Source: an uncultured Acidimicrobiales bacterium (lineage in GTDB: Bacteria > Actinomycetota > Acidimicrobiia > Acidimicrobiales > Ilumatobacteraceae). Taken from it: DNA of 64,000 bases. How positions within the stretch are numbered: position 1 is the first letter of the stretch; each line of letters begins with the position of its first letter. Made by a program: the position numbers and the translations under genes. Shown in pieces: positions 31,217 through 41,308 of the stretch. The stretch is taken from contig CAWDLV010000002.1 in assembly GCA_963803355.1 (NCBI GenBank), forward strand, positions 146,829 through 210,828, written 5' to 3'. The notes beneath the pieces were generated by a model that saw only the letters and a list, made by a program, of their open reading frames with translations, searched no databases and was not told the origin of the DNA.

Positions 31217-32768
31217 TCAGGCTTCGGTGGCCTCAGCCGTGCGCTCTGGCGCGGGCAGGCCCGCGTCGCGCTTGCCTCCGTCGTCGCCGCTGCCACCGTT
31301 GGTCGCGGCGCCATTGGTCGACGGGCCCTCGTTCGAGCCGAGACCGCCGTGGAGCACGCCTCGCGCCATCTTCAGCCCGGTGATGCCCTGCGACAGGGCC
31401 TGCGCGAGCACCTCCGAGAGGCCCTGGGCCCCGTTCAGCACGATCAGCTGGTCGACGGAGCCGAAGGGCTTGGCCGCGGCCTCGACGATCGCCGGCCATT
31501 GCTGCGCCAGCTGCTGGCCGATGACCGCGTCCTGGTTCTCGGCCGAGCGCGATGGCGCGGGCCTTGATGGCATCGGCCTCCGCCAGCCCCTTGGCCTTCA
31601 CGGCTTGGCCCTCGGCCATGCCCTTCGCCTCGGTGGCGTCGGCCTCGGCCTGCCCGATGTTGCGGGTGGCCTCGGCCTGGGCCGACGCCTCCAACCGGAC
31701 GTGCTCGGCCTCGGCCGAAGCGGCCAGGCGCACCTGATCGGCCTGGGCTTGGGCCGCCAGCTTCACCCGGGCCGCCTGCGCTGCGGCATCGAGCTCGGTC
31801 TCCTGCTTCTTGGCCTCGGCACCGGCGATGCGGGCATCGCGCTGCGCCTTGGCCAAGGTGACCTGCTCGTAGGCCTTGGCGTCGGCTGGCTTGCGTACGG
31901 TGGCCTGCAGCCGAGCCTCCTCGCGGTGTCCTTCGAGCTCGGCCACCTTGGTCTCCTCGACCACCACCTGCTGGCGGGCCTGGGCCTCCGAGAGCGGGCC
32001 GGCCTGGCTCTGGTCGGCCACCGCGCGGTCGATCTCGGCCTGGTAGCCGGCCTGCTTGACCTGGCTCTGGCGGCGGGCCTCGGCCTTCAGCGCCTCGGCG
32101 TCCTGCTCCTTCTGCGTCGCCTCCTGATCGGCACCGGCCTGCGCGATTCGAGCCTCGCGCTGCACGGCGGCGGCATGGGGCCGGGCCAGGTTGGCGATGT
32201 AGCCGGATGGATCGTCGATCTCCTGGATCTGGAGGGAGTCGACGATGAGGCCGAGCTTCTCCATCTCCACGCCCGACGAGGCCCGGGTGAGCTGGGTGAG
32301 CTTCTCCCGATCGCGGATCATCTCCTCCACCGTCATGTTGCCGACGATGGCGCGGAGGTGGCCGGCGAAGACGTTGTGGACCCGGTAGTCCATCTGCTCC
32401 TGCTGGTCGAGGAAGCGGCGGGCGGCGTTGGCGATCGAGGCGTAGTCGTCGCCAACCTTGTAGATGACCACGCCCTTAAGGCCGAGGGGGATGCCCTGGT
32501 GGGTGACGCAGTCGATGGCCAGCTCAGCCTGGCGCAGGTCGAGCGACAGGCGACGGACGACCTGCACACCGGGAACGACGAGCGTGCCCTTCCCGGTGAT
32601 GATCTTGAAGCCGAGGGTCTGCTCGACGCCTTCGGGGGCGGAGTGGCGCCAACCCGAGATGACGAGGGCCTCGTTGGGTTCGGCGACGCGCCACATCGCC
32701 TTGAAGATGATGATCACGGCGACCACGGCGACGGCCGCGATGATGAGGACGGTTAAGGCTCCGCTCAT
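31217..32768 (-). CDS. Flotillin-like SPFH/band-7 family protein. There is one apparent frameshift near 31560.
   Basis: The N-terminal TM is MSGALTVLIIAAVAVVAVIIIFKAMWRV. The SPFH domain is followed by a long Ala/Glu/Gln-rich coiled coil. The C-terminus continues in ORF 31217..31573 (ENQDAVIGQQLAQQWPAIVEAAAKPFGSVDQLIVLNGAQG). Confidence 0.8.
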
Positions 32769-32775
32769 GACTTCC

Positions 32776-33042
32776 TCACATGGGGGTGACGACGACCGTG
32801 CGCGGCGGGTGGTACTCCACGACGACCACCCTGGTTCCCGGCTTGATGGTCTCGTCGACCTCGACGGCGTAGGCGATGAACGCCTCGGTGCCTCCGCGGA
32901 CGGGGACCATCACCTCCCCGAGACGACCAGGCTCGATCGTGCCGGTGACCCGGCCGATCTTCCCGTTCATCGTGTGGTCCGTCAACGTGACGATCCTCTT
33001 CTCAGGGCTCAGCCACAGGCCGAACCGAGGGCAGTCTGCCAC
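32776..33042 (-). CDS. NfeD-like OB-fold domain protein (short NfeD homolog), partner of the flotillin.
   Basis: The 88-aa protein from a GTG start is IGRVTGTIEPGRLGEVMVPVRGGTEAFIAYAVEVDETIKPGTRVVVVE. It lies immediately upstream of the flotillin gene in the same orientation. The RBS is GGAGGTGGGA. Confidence 0.55.
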   Translation of the reverse strand: MADCPRFGLWLSPEKRIVTLTDHTMNGKIGRVTGTIEPGRLGEVMVPVRGGTEAFIAYAVEVDETIKPGTRVVVVEYHPPRTVVVTPM

Positions 33043-33093
33043 CGGCCGCCCGGCTTCCCACCTCCGTCGCCGCGTCGTCGCGGGTCACGCCGA

Positions 33094-33537
33094 TCAACGA
33101 CCCTGGGTGATGTAGTCGTACAGAGCCCGGTTCTCGCTCTCCAGCTGGCCCAAGCGGTACTTCACGACGTCGCCGATGGAGACGATCCCGGTCATGGTCC
33201 CCTCGTCGTCCACCACGGGCAGATGACGGATGCGTCGATCGGTCATCAGCCACATGAGCTTCTCGATCGTGTCCTTGCCGCTACACGTGGTGACCTCGCT
33301 GGTCATCACGTCGGAGACGGCGAGGTCCAGCACCGCCCCGGCCTCCTCCGCCAACCGGCGCACGACGTCGCGCTCGGACATGATGCCGTCGATCGACCGC
33401 CCGTCGGTGGACACGACCAGCGCCCCCACGCCGTGGTCGCGCAGCGCGGCGACGGCGGCGCCGACAGAGGCGTCGGGAGTGATGGTGGCCACCTCCTTGC
33501 CCTTGCCGGCCAGGATGCTTTCCACGTACATGACCAC
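33094..33537 (-). CDS. CBS domain pair protein.
   Basis: The 147-aa protein has two CBS motifs (ITPDASVGAAVAALRDHGVGALVV; IRHLPVVDDEGTMTGIVSIGDVVK). Confidence 0.8.
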   Translation of the reverse strand: MVMYVESILAGKGKEVATITPDASVGAAVAALRDHGVGALVVSTDGRSIDGIMSERDVVRRLAEEAGAVLDLAVSDVMTSEVTTCSGKDTIEKLMWLMTDRRIRHLPVVDDEGTMTGIVSIGDVVKYRLGQLESENRALYDYITQGR

Positions 33538-33696
33538 CTCCTTGCTCGGGTCTTCCTGCTCAGGTGCCCAGGCCCAGGCTAGTTCCCGCTCGGAAGGGCG
33601 CTCCGTTGCGGGTCGGCCTCACCGCCGGTCGGCCACACCGCCCCCGGCAGGCAGGTCTCACCGGCGCTCGGTGGGTCTCACCGCCGCGCCGCCAAT

Positions 33697-33750
33697 CCGT
33701 TCTGTTCCGCAGATCTGACCCTGGGCGATCGCCGGCGCGGAACAGAACGG
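33697..33750. repeat. 54-bp palindromic hairpin element, copy 2 (CCGTTCTGTTCCGC-26 nt-GCGGAACAGAACGG, perfect 14-bp inverted repeat).
   Basis: It has the same 14-bp arms and the same 54-bp length as copy 1 at 8972..9025. Its 26-nt loop begins AGATCTGAC, which is the reverse complement of the 3' end of the copy-1 loop (GTCAGATCT). Confidence 0.5.
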
Positions 33751-33756
33751 GGAGGG

Positions 33757-33830
33757 TCCGGGCGCGACGGGCGCGACGGGCGCGACGGACGCGACGGGCG
33801 CGACGGGCGCGGTGGGCGCGACTGGCGGGG
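33757..33830. repeat. Tandem 9-mer repeat (GGGCGCGAC x about 7, with variants) following hairpin copy 2, ending GGCGGGGGGGC.
   Basis: It reads gggcgcgacgggcgcgacgggcgcgacggacgcgacgggcgcgacgggcgcggtgggcgcgactggcggggggg. It lies upstream of the rarD start. Confidence 0.5.
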
Positions 33831-33883
33831 GGGCATGGAACTGGCTTCGCCCGCAGCCACGACGGCCCGTAGCGTCAGGCGTC

Positions 33884-34795
33884 GTGGACGAGCGACGGGC
33901 GGGTGTGGCACTCGGCCTCGGCGCCTACGTGCTCTGGGGCTTCCTCACCGTCTACTGGAAGCAGCTCGAGGGGCTGAACCCGTTCGAGCTGATCGGGGCG
34001 CGGATCGTCAGCTCGTTCGTGCTGTTGGCCGTCGTCCTCGGCATCACCCACCGCTGGCGGGGGGTCGTCGCGATTCGAGCCGACCGTGCGCTCCTCGCCC
34101 GGGTCGCCCTCGCGGCCGTTCTCCTCACGGCGAACTGGACGACGTACGTGTGGGCCGTCGTGCACGACAACGTCATGGAGACGGCCCTCGGTTACTTCAT
34201 CGCCCCCCTCGGCACCGTCCTGATCGGAGTCTTCGTGCTGGGCGAACGGCTCCGGCCGGCCCAGCGCCTCGCCCTCGGGCTGGCCGCCCTCGCCGTCGTC
34301 GAGCTCACCGTCGCCTACGGCCACGTGCCCGTGCTCGCCCTGATCATCGCCGTCTCGTGGTCGCTCTACGGCCTCCTGAAGCGCCAGGTCCCGCTTCAAC
34401 CGTTGGAGAGCTTGGCCGGCGAGACGGCCGTGCTGCTGTTACCGGCCGTGCTGGTGGTGGTCATCCCGATCGCTGCCGGCGGGGGCGTTACCCAGGAGGC
34501 GTCCGGGTTCCAGCTCGGTCTTCTGGTCCTGTCCGGGCTGGCCACCACCATTCCGCTCCTCATGTTCGCGTGGGCGGCGAAGCGGGTCCCGTTCACGACG
34601 CTCGGGCCGATGCAATACGCCGTCCCGACCATCAACTTCGCGCTCGGCACCTTCGTGTACCACGAGGACCTCGACGGAGCGCGGTTGCTCGGCTTCGCTC
34701 TGGTGTGGATCGCGCTCGCCATCTTCACTGCCGACGGTCTGCGGGCCTCCCGCCGGGTCACGCCGCCGATGGAGGTCGCTACCGTCGTGCCGTGA
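33884..34795 (+). CDS. rarD: EamA/RarD family transporter.
   Basis: The GTG start gives VDERRAGVALGLGAYVLWGFLTVYWKQL, a RarD-type N-terminus. There are 10 TM helices and two EamA repeats. Confidence 0.75.
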   Translation: MDERRAGVALGLGAYVLWGFLTVYWKQLEGLNPFELIGARIVSSFVLLAVVLGITHRWRGVVAIRADRALLARVALAAVLLTANWTTYVWAVVHDNVMETALGYFIAPLGTVLIGVFVLGERLRPAQRLALGLAALAVVELTVAYGHVPVLALIIAVSWSLYGLLKRQVPLQPLESLAGETAVLLLPAVLVVVIPIAAGGGVTQEASGFQLGLLVLSGLATTIPLLMFAWAAKRVPFTTLGPMQYAVPTINFALGTFVYHEDLDGARLLGFALVWIALAIFTADGLRASRRVTPPMEVATVVP

Positions 34796-35328
34796 GGCGG
34801 ATCTCTTGGGCAGGGTTGGTGCTGGCGACGGCGGCGGTCGCACCGTCGTGCTCGGCCAGCGCCGCGAGCTACCAGGATGCGGCGCTGAAGGTGATCACCG
34901 ACACACTCCAGAGTCGGGTCGGCTTGGGCCCGCTCGATCCGACGTGCGAGAAGCCGGCGTCCAACCGCGTCGACACGACCTTCGAGTGCGATGCCCTGAC
35001 GTCCGCCGGCGAGCGGGTGCGGTTCCAGGCCACGATCAAGTCCGGCCGAAAGGTCACGGTCAACACGGCCAACGTGCTCCTGCCCGCGAACCTCGACAAG
35101 GTGGAGGCTGAAGCGGCCGACATCCTGACCAAGCGGGTGGGCGTGACCCTGCCGGCGTCGGACATCGACTGCGGCACCAAGGCACGGGTGATCGAGTCGA
35201 GGCAGCCGTTCATCTGCACCCTCACCGACCCGACCACCGGCGCCCTCTTCGACACTCAGATCACGCTCGACGACATCGACAACCCGAAGGAGCTCCTGGT
35301 CCAGGTGGCCACCACCCCCCGTTCGTAG
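34792..35328 (+). CDS. DUF4333-like secreted (lipo)protein.
   Basis: The GTG start overlaps the rarD stop (GTGA). The signal sequence is VRRISWAGLVLATAAVAPSCSA. The mature part has paired Cys (DPTCEKPA...FECDALT...IDCGTKA...FICTLTD), typical of small actinobacterial DUF4333 proteins. Confidence 0.5.
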   Translation: MRRISWAGLVLATAAVAPSCSASAASYQDAALKVITDTLQSRVGLGPLDPTCEKPASNRVDTTFECDALTSAGERVRFQATIKSGRKVTVNTANVLLPANLDKVEAEAADILTKRVGVTLPASDIDCGTKARVIESRQPFICTLTDPTTGALFDTQITLDDIDNPKELLVQVATTPRS

Positions 35329-35335
35329 CGGCCGG

Positions 35336-35355
35336 CGCCTCCTCCGTCGGAGGCG
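35336..35355. terminator. Short GC hairpin (CGCCTCC-tccgtc-GGAGGCG) between the convergent DUF4333 and GH13 genes.
   Basis: The 7-bp stem is read from the sequence. It lies 8 nt after the DUF4333 stop. Confidence 0.3.
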
Positions 35356-35356
35356 G

Positions 35357-36942
35357 TCAGCGCCGGCTCAGCACCACGCCTTCCCACGGCGCCAAGCCGA
35401 GCGCGGGACCGGCCACCGCTTCGCCGGCGGCGCGGTGGGTGCCGATCAGCACGTCGCCGGGCGCGATGTCGACCGCGGCTTCTGCGCTCGACAGGTTGAG
35501 GGCCACGAGCGTGCCCTCGCCCCGGCGGAAGAGCCATGCGCCATCGGGCGCGTCGAGGGCCGTAGTACGCACCATGCTGCAGGTCGTGGCGTTCCTTGCG
35601 CAGCGCGAGCAGGCGGCGGCACAGCACAGCGTGGACGTCCGGGTCGTCGCGCTGGTCGGCCACGTTGGCGAGCGTCGGCGTCGCCGAAGGGGAGCCACGG
35701 CACGACGCCGGCGCGCGGTGAAGCCCAGCCCCGGATCGCCCTTCCACGGCATCGGCGTGCGCGGCGATGTCGCGCCCCGGATCGGACGGCCAGTAGCGGA
35801 GCCCGACCGGATCGCTGCAGCTGGCAGCGGGTCAGCGGCGTGTCAGCCATGCCGATCTCGTCGCCGTAGTAGAGGACGGGCGTGCCCCGCAGGGTGAGCA
35901 GGAGCACGAGCGCCGAGGCGGATCGCTGGTCGTCGTTCTGCGCCCACCGGGTCGGGAAGCGGCTGTGGTCGTGGTTGGACGCGGTCCAGACCGGCCAGGC
36001 GCCCTCGGGCAGGCCTCCCTCGATGTCGTCGACGAGGCCGCGCAGCACCTCGGCATGGAACGGGCGCCTTGAAGAACGGGAAGTTGAAGGCCAGGCTGCA
36101 GCTCGTCGCCCTCGCCGTAGAAGCGGGCCAGGCGGTGCACGCCCGACAGGTAGGTCTCGCCGAGCAGCAGCCGGGGCGGGTCGTACTCTCGGCGATGCGG
36201 CGCCAGTGCCGCAGCACGTCGTGCAGCTCGGGCCGGTCGGCGTCGAAGCGCTCGAGCTGGTGTCGATCCACGCAGTCGCCCGGCGGGTTGTCGCGCAGCT
36301 CCTTGTCCTTCACGATAATGTGGCGACGTCGATGCGGAAGCCGGCGACGCCACGGTCGAACCAGAAGCGCAGGATCCGGTCGAACTCGCTCGACCACCCC
36401 TTGGTTCCACCAGTTGAGGTCCGGCTGCTCGGGGACGAAGTGGTGCAGGTACCACTGGCCGGTCGTCGTCGTCGAACGTCCACGCCGGTCCACCGAAGGC
36501 GCTCTGCCAGTTGTTCGGGGGGCGCCGCGTCGGGCCGCCCGGGCGGGATCGCCGTCGGCCCACACGTACCAGTCGCGGTGAGCTGCAGTCCCGGGACGAG
36601 CGGGAATCGACGAACCACGGGTGCTGGTCGCGAGGTGTGGTTCGGGACGATGTCGAGCACGATGCGGATGCCCCGCGCCGGCCGGCTTCGGCGACCAGCT
36701 CGTCGAGGTCGGCCAAGCGTGCCGAGCGACGGGTCCACGTCGCAGTAGTCGGCGACGTCGTAGCCCCAGTCGGCGTTCGGTGAGACGGTGATCGGGTTCA
36801 GCCAGATGGCGTCGACGCCCAGCCAGGCCAGGTGATCGAGGTGGCGGGTGATGCCCTGCAGGTCGCCGACCCCGTCACCGTTCGCGTCGGCGAACGAGCG
36901 CGGGTAGAGCTGGTAGATCACACCGTCGAGCCACCAGTCCAT
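35357..36942 (-). CDS. GH13 alpha-glucosidase / oligo-1,6-glucosidase family protein, heavily frameshifted as sequenced.
   Basis: The N-terminus is MDWWLDGVIYQLYPRSFADANGDGVGDLQGITRHLDHLAWLGVDAIWLNPI. The motifs VLDIVPNHTS, GFRIDVA, QHPWF, YLHHFVPEQPDLNW and NHDHSRFPTRW...VLYYGDEIGM are scattered over at least 5 frames. The C-terminus (LVALNLSSAEAAVD...) ends at 35357. Confidence 0.75.
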
Positions 36943-36986
36943 CGCCGCGCACCGTAGACCCCGCCCGTGGCCGGGCCGGCGCCGGC

Positions 36987-37265
36987 TCAGGTCCCGAGTG
37001 AGAACATCGCCTCGAGGTCGTGACGGCTGTAGGCGCGGAACGCCGAGCAGGGTGTTGGTGTCGACGATGCCGCCCGAGCGCGCTCATGCGCTTGGTCACC
37101 ACCTCGGCCAGGTCGTCGAGGTCGCGCACCCGGATCACGGCCACGATGTCCACCGCCCCAGCCACTGAGTAGACCTCGTAGACCCCCTCGACCTCGGCCA
37201 GCTCCTGAGCCAGATCGGCGATGCGCGACTGCTCGGCGTTGATCAGCACGAAGGCCGTGATCATG
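36987..37265 (-). CDS. Lrp/AsnC-family ligand-binding (RAM) domain small protein. There is one apparent indel.
   Basis: MITAFVLINAEQSRIADLAQELAEVEGVYEVYSVAGAVDIVAVIRVRDLDDLAEVVTKRMSA continues after a shift as ...AFRAYSRHDLEAMFSLGT*. Confidence 0.55.
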   Translation of the reverse strand, partial: HDHGLRADQRRAVAHRRSGSGAGRGRGGLRGLLSGWGGGHRGRDPGARPRRPGRGGDQAHERARAASSTPTPCSAFRAYSRHDLEAMFSLGT

Positions 37266-37340
37266 GGCGGAGCGTCAGGCGCGACGGCCCGAGGAGCCGG
37301 CCGATCCGGTGCGAGGGTCCGCCGGTAGCATGCTGGAATC

Positions 37341-38060
37341 GTGAAGGCTGACCTCGACTCCGCAGCAGGCGCCGCCGACGCCGCCGGCGAGCCGATCGAC
37401 GCCGGCGACGACGCCGTCCCGGCCACGGAGGTCTGGTGGCACAGCCGTGGAAGCTCCTCGTGCTCGGCGCCGCGCTGGTGCTCTTCCTCGGCGTGGCCGC
37501 CGGCTACGCCTTCTTCGGCGGCGGCCGGCGACCACCAAGATGAACGCGGTCGACGTCGGGTTCCTGCAGGACATGCACACCCATCACGACCAGGCCGTCA
37601 CGATGTCGTTCACTACCTGGACAAGCCGGCCGCCGACCAGGACGCCGATCCTGCGCTCGATCGCGAAGACGATCATCGACGAGCAGCAGTTCCAGAACGG
37701 CTACATGGTCGGGCTGCTGCTCGAGATGGGCCAGTCAGCCGGCCAACGAGACCGGCCAGGTGATGGCGTGGATGAACGAGCCGCTGCCCGCTCGACCGCA
37801 TGTCCGGCATGGCCACCGCAGGGCGCAGCTCGACCAGCTGCAGGCCGCCTCCGGGCCGGCCGCCGACCGGCTCTTCGTCGAGCTGATGATCGCCCACCAC
37901 CAGGGCGGCATCCACATGGCCGAGTACGCGGCGCAGCACGCCGGCCGGGCCGACGTCCGGGCTTCGCCGCCGGCATGGTGACCGCGGCAGCGAGGCGACA
38001 TCGTCGAGCTGCAACGACGCCCTGGCCCGCTCCAAGGCCTGAGCGGCCGGACCGCCGGCT
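37341..38060 (+). CDS. DUF305 family protein with an N-terminal TM anchor, frameshifted as sequenced. The boundaries are approximate.
   Basis: The TM segment WKLLVLGAALVLFLGVAAGYAFFGGG is followed by MNAVDVGFLQDMHTHHDQAVTMS. The later motif FVELMIAHHQGGIHMAEYAAQHA is in another frame. The DUF305 HH motifs are duplicated. Confidence 0.55.
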
Positions 38061-38089
38061 GCGCGGCCACGCCGCGGGCCGCCGGGTGA

Positions 38090-39542
38090 TCGGGTGCACC
38101 GACGGATCGTCGCTGCGGTGGGCGCCACCCCTAGTCGTGGCCATCGTGCGCCGCCGGCGTCGCCGTCGTCCCCCTGCTCTGCACGCTCATCGTGGCGGCG
38201 AGCTGCTCGTCGCCCGGCCCCGACGTGCAGATGGGACCAGCGGTGCTCGAGCGGACCAAGGGGCGCTGACGGACACGCCGAGCATCCACGTCGCCGCCGG
38301 CGACCGCACCACGCAGCCTACGACGCCTTCGTGGCCCGGGTCGTCGACGACATCCAGTCGTTCTGGGAGACCGCTACCCGACCATCGCGGCAGGCAGGCC
38401 TACACGGACTTCGGTGGGCGGCTGTGGCCGGTCGGGCCGCCGGCCCAGGACGTGCCCGGCTGTGGTGAGCGCCAGACACCGACTACCGGGAGGTCCGGAA
38501 CAACGCCTTCTACTGCCCGGACGGCGACTTCATCGCCTTCGACGACACCCCGCTCTTCCCGCACCTCGAACCGCGCTTCGGCCAGTTCACCTTCGCCATC
38601 GTGCTGGCCCACGAGTGGGGCCACGCGATCCAGCATCGGCGGGACTATCAGCTTCGGGCGTGCTGACCGAACTCCAGGCGGACTGCTTCAGCCGGGGCCT
38701 GGTTGGGTCATGTCCAGGCGGCGGCGCCGCCGGGCTGGCACTCAGCGACATCGACCTGCGCCGGGCCATCACCGGCATCCTCGAGTTCCGCGACGACCCG
38801 GGGACCACCGCCGCAGGAGCAAGGCGCCCACGGGAGCGCCTTCGATCGGCTCGGCAGCTTCCAGGACGGGCTGCGACGATGGCGTCGCGGAGTGCGACGC
38901 GTACGCCGCAGGACCGCCCGGTGGTGCTGGAGCTGCCGTTCGACGACGGGAGCGACAGCCAGGCTGGCGGCGACCTCAGCCTCGACCGCCTGGTGGTCAC
39001 GCGTTTCCACCGACCTCGACCGCTTCTGGGAGCCGAGTGCGACGGCAGTCCGGCCGCGCTCCCCGATCTCACCCCGACTCACGAGGCGTACGTCGAAGGG
39101 CGGCCCATATCCGACCTGCAGCGGGTCTCACGGCCGCCGACTTCAAGGCCGGCGTGGTCTACTGCCCGAACCCCGAGTTCGTCGCCTACGAGAGAGGGCG
39201 GCGAGAACGCCCAGCCTCCACGACACCATCGGCGACTTCTCGGTCGGCGTGCTGTTCGCCGACCGATGGGCCGAGGCCCTGCAGCACCACTCCGGGGTGC
39301 GCGACGACGGTGAGCAGGCCGAGCTCCAGCGTGACTGCCTCACCGGCGCCTGGGTGGCCGACCTCGTGCCGCGCCGGACCGGGAGCCAGGCCTTCGTGAT
39401 CTCCCCCGGTGACCTCGACGAGGCCGTGCAGCACGTACCTCACTCTCACCCAGCGGCAGCGACTCGGCCGAAGCCGGCGCTGGCCCGCATCGGGTCGTTC
39501 CGCGGCGGGTTGTTCTCGGGGGTCGAGAGCTGCGGGCTCTGA
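38090..39542 (+). CDS. Tandem YpfJ-like neutral zinc metallopeptidase domains: an active HEXXH copy plus a degenerate second copy. They are either one fused gene or two adjacent paralogs. Heavily frameshifted as sequenced; boundaries approximate.
   Basis: Copy 1 has FYCPDGDFIAFDDTPLFPHLEPRFGQFTFAIVLAHEWGHAIQHRR...LTELQADCFSRGLVG...AHGSAFDRLGSFQDGL. Copy 2 has VYCPNPEFVAYER...VGVLFADRWAEALQHHSG...ELQRDCLTGAWVADL...ARIGSFRGGLFSGVESCGL*. The N-terminus is a lipoprotein-like signal (LVVAIV...LIVAASCSSPG). Confidence 0.55.
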
Positions 39543-39616
39543 CCGGCTGCTGACGGCCGGCCTGACCCGGCTGACCGGCCTGGACCGCTCCGGCTGCCGG
39601 TGCGAATACCCTCGCC

Positions 39617-41259
39617 GTGCATGCCGTGACGCCCGTCGACACCCTGGCCGCCATCGACGTCGGCACGAACAGCATCCACCTCGCCGTAGCCCGAGTGACC
39701 GGGCAGGACCGCTTCGAGGTCATCGCCAGCGAGAAGGAGATGGTTCGCCTGGGCTCGGGGAGCGGCGACATGAAGCGCCTCCTCCCCGACGCCATGGAGC
39801 GGGGGGTGGAGACGCTGCGCCGCATGCGGCAGATCGCCGAGGTCTCCGGGGCGTCCGTTCGAGCGGTGGCCACGAGCGCGGTGCGCGAAGCCGAGAACCA
39901 CGACGAGTTCGTGGCTCTCGCCCGCGAGCGGGCGGGCGTCGACGTGGAGGTGATCTCGGGAGTCGAGGAAGCCCGTCTCATCCACCTCGGCGTCCTGCAG
40001 GCGGTGCCGGTGTTCGACCACCGGCTGCTGCGTGTGCGACATCGGCGGCGGCTCGACCGAGCTGCTCGTCGGCGAGCGGGGCGGACCGCTCGGCGTCGCG
40101 GAGCTTCAAGATCGGCGCCGTCCGGCTCACCAACCGCTTCTTCCCCGGCGAGCACCTCCACCCGAGCGCGGTGTCGTCGTGCCGGGCCTTCATCCGCTCG
40201 ACGCTGTCGGCCTTACAGCCGTGAGGTCGCAGCCTGGGCTTCGAGGTGGCGATCGGCTCGTCCGGCACGATCGAGGCCGTGGCCGCCATGGCCCAAGCCA
40301 CGACCGGTGCCGAGCCGCCGCGGACGTTCAATCGGTACCGCCTGACCTCCGCCGACATCCGGTCGGTGGCGAAGGCGCTCGTGGCCGCCCAAAGCGGTCA
40401 AGCAGCGCGGCCGGCTGCCCGGCCTCGACGCCGGCCCGCGCCGACATCATGCTGGCCGGCGCGCTGATCCTCGAGGGCGTGATCGACACCTTCGGCGTCG
40501 ACGAGCTCGAGGTATCGGACTACGCGCTGCGGGAGGGCGTCCTGCTCGACACCATCCAGCGCAGCCATGGCGGCTCCCTCCACCACCTGCGGGACGTCTC
40601 CCGGCGCAGCGTCCTCCATCTCGCCGAGCTGTGCGACGAGGAGCCGGAGCACTCGGCCCACGTCGCCCGGCTGGCCCTGCAGCTGTTCGACGGCCTGGTC
40701 GCGCCGCCTGCGCCCCAGACCCTGGCCGGGCTCGGCGAGCCGGCGCGCGAGTACCTGGAGGCCGGCGCGCTGCTGGCCAACGTGGGCCTGTTCGTCTCCC
40801 ACAGCAAGCACCACCTGCACTCGTACTACGTGATCCGCAACAGCGAGGTGCTCACCGGGTTCACGGACGATGAGATCGAGATCATCGCCCTGCTCGCCCG
40901 CTATCACCGCAAGAGCAGCACCGAAGGCCCGGCACCCGGAGTTCGCCCGCCTCTCGCCGAGCGACCAGCACCTGGTACACGCGCTCGCCGGCATCCTGCG
41001 CGTCGCCATCGGGCTCGACCGGAGCCATGCCCGGAAGGTCCAGGAGGTACACGTCACCCGCAGCAAGGGGCGGGTGGTCCTGGAGATCGTTCCTGCTGCC
41101 GGAGCGGACGTGGACCTCGAGTGCTACTCGGCGGACCAGCGCAAGGACCTGTTGGTCGAGGTGCTGGGCTGTCCCGTCGAGGTGGAGGTGGCCCCGGCGG
41201 GGGCGGCGGTAGGCGTGGCGGCCACCCTCGGTGGTCATTCCGGCCTCGACGGGCCGTAG
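39617..41259 (+). CDS. ppx: Ppx/GppA family exopolyphosphatase / guanosine pentaphosphate phosphohydrolase with an HD domain, frameshifted as sequenced.
   Basis: The N-terminus is MHAVTPVDTLAAIDVGTNSIHLAVARVTGQDRFEVIASEKEMVRLGSG. The middle is CDIGGGSTELLVGE. The C-terminal HD region is HSAHVARLALQLFDGL...HSKHHLHSYYVIRNSEVLTGFTDDEIEIIALLARYHRKS...LVHALAGILRVAIGLDRSH. Confidence 0.75.
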
Positions 41260-41308
41260 CATCGAGGCAGCTCGGGACCGCGGGCGGACCGGTCAGAGAG
41301 GGGTCAGG

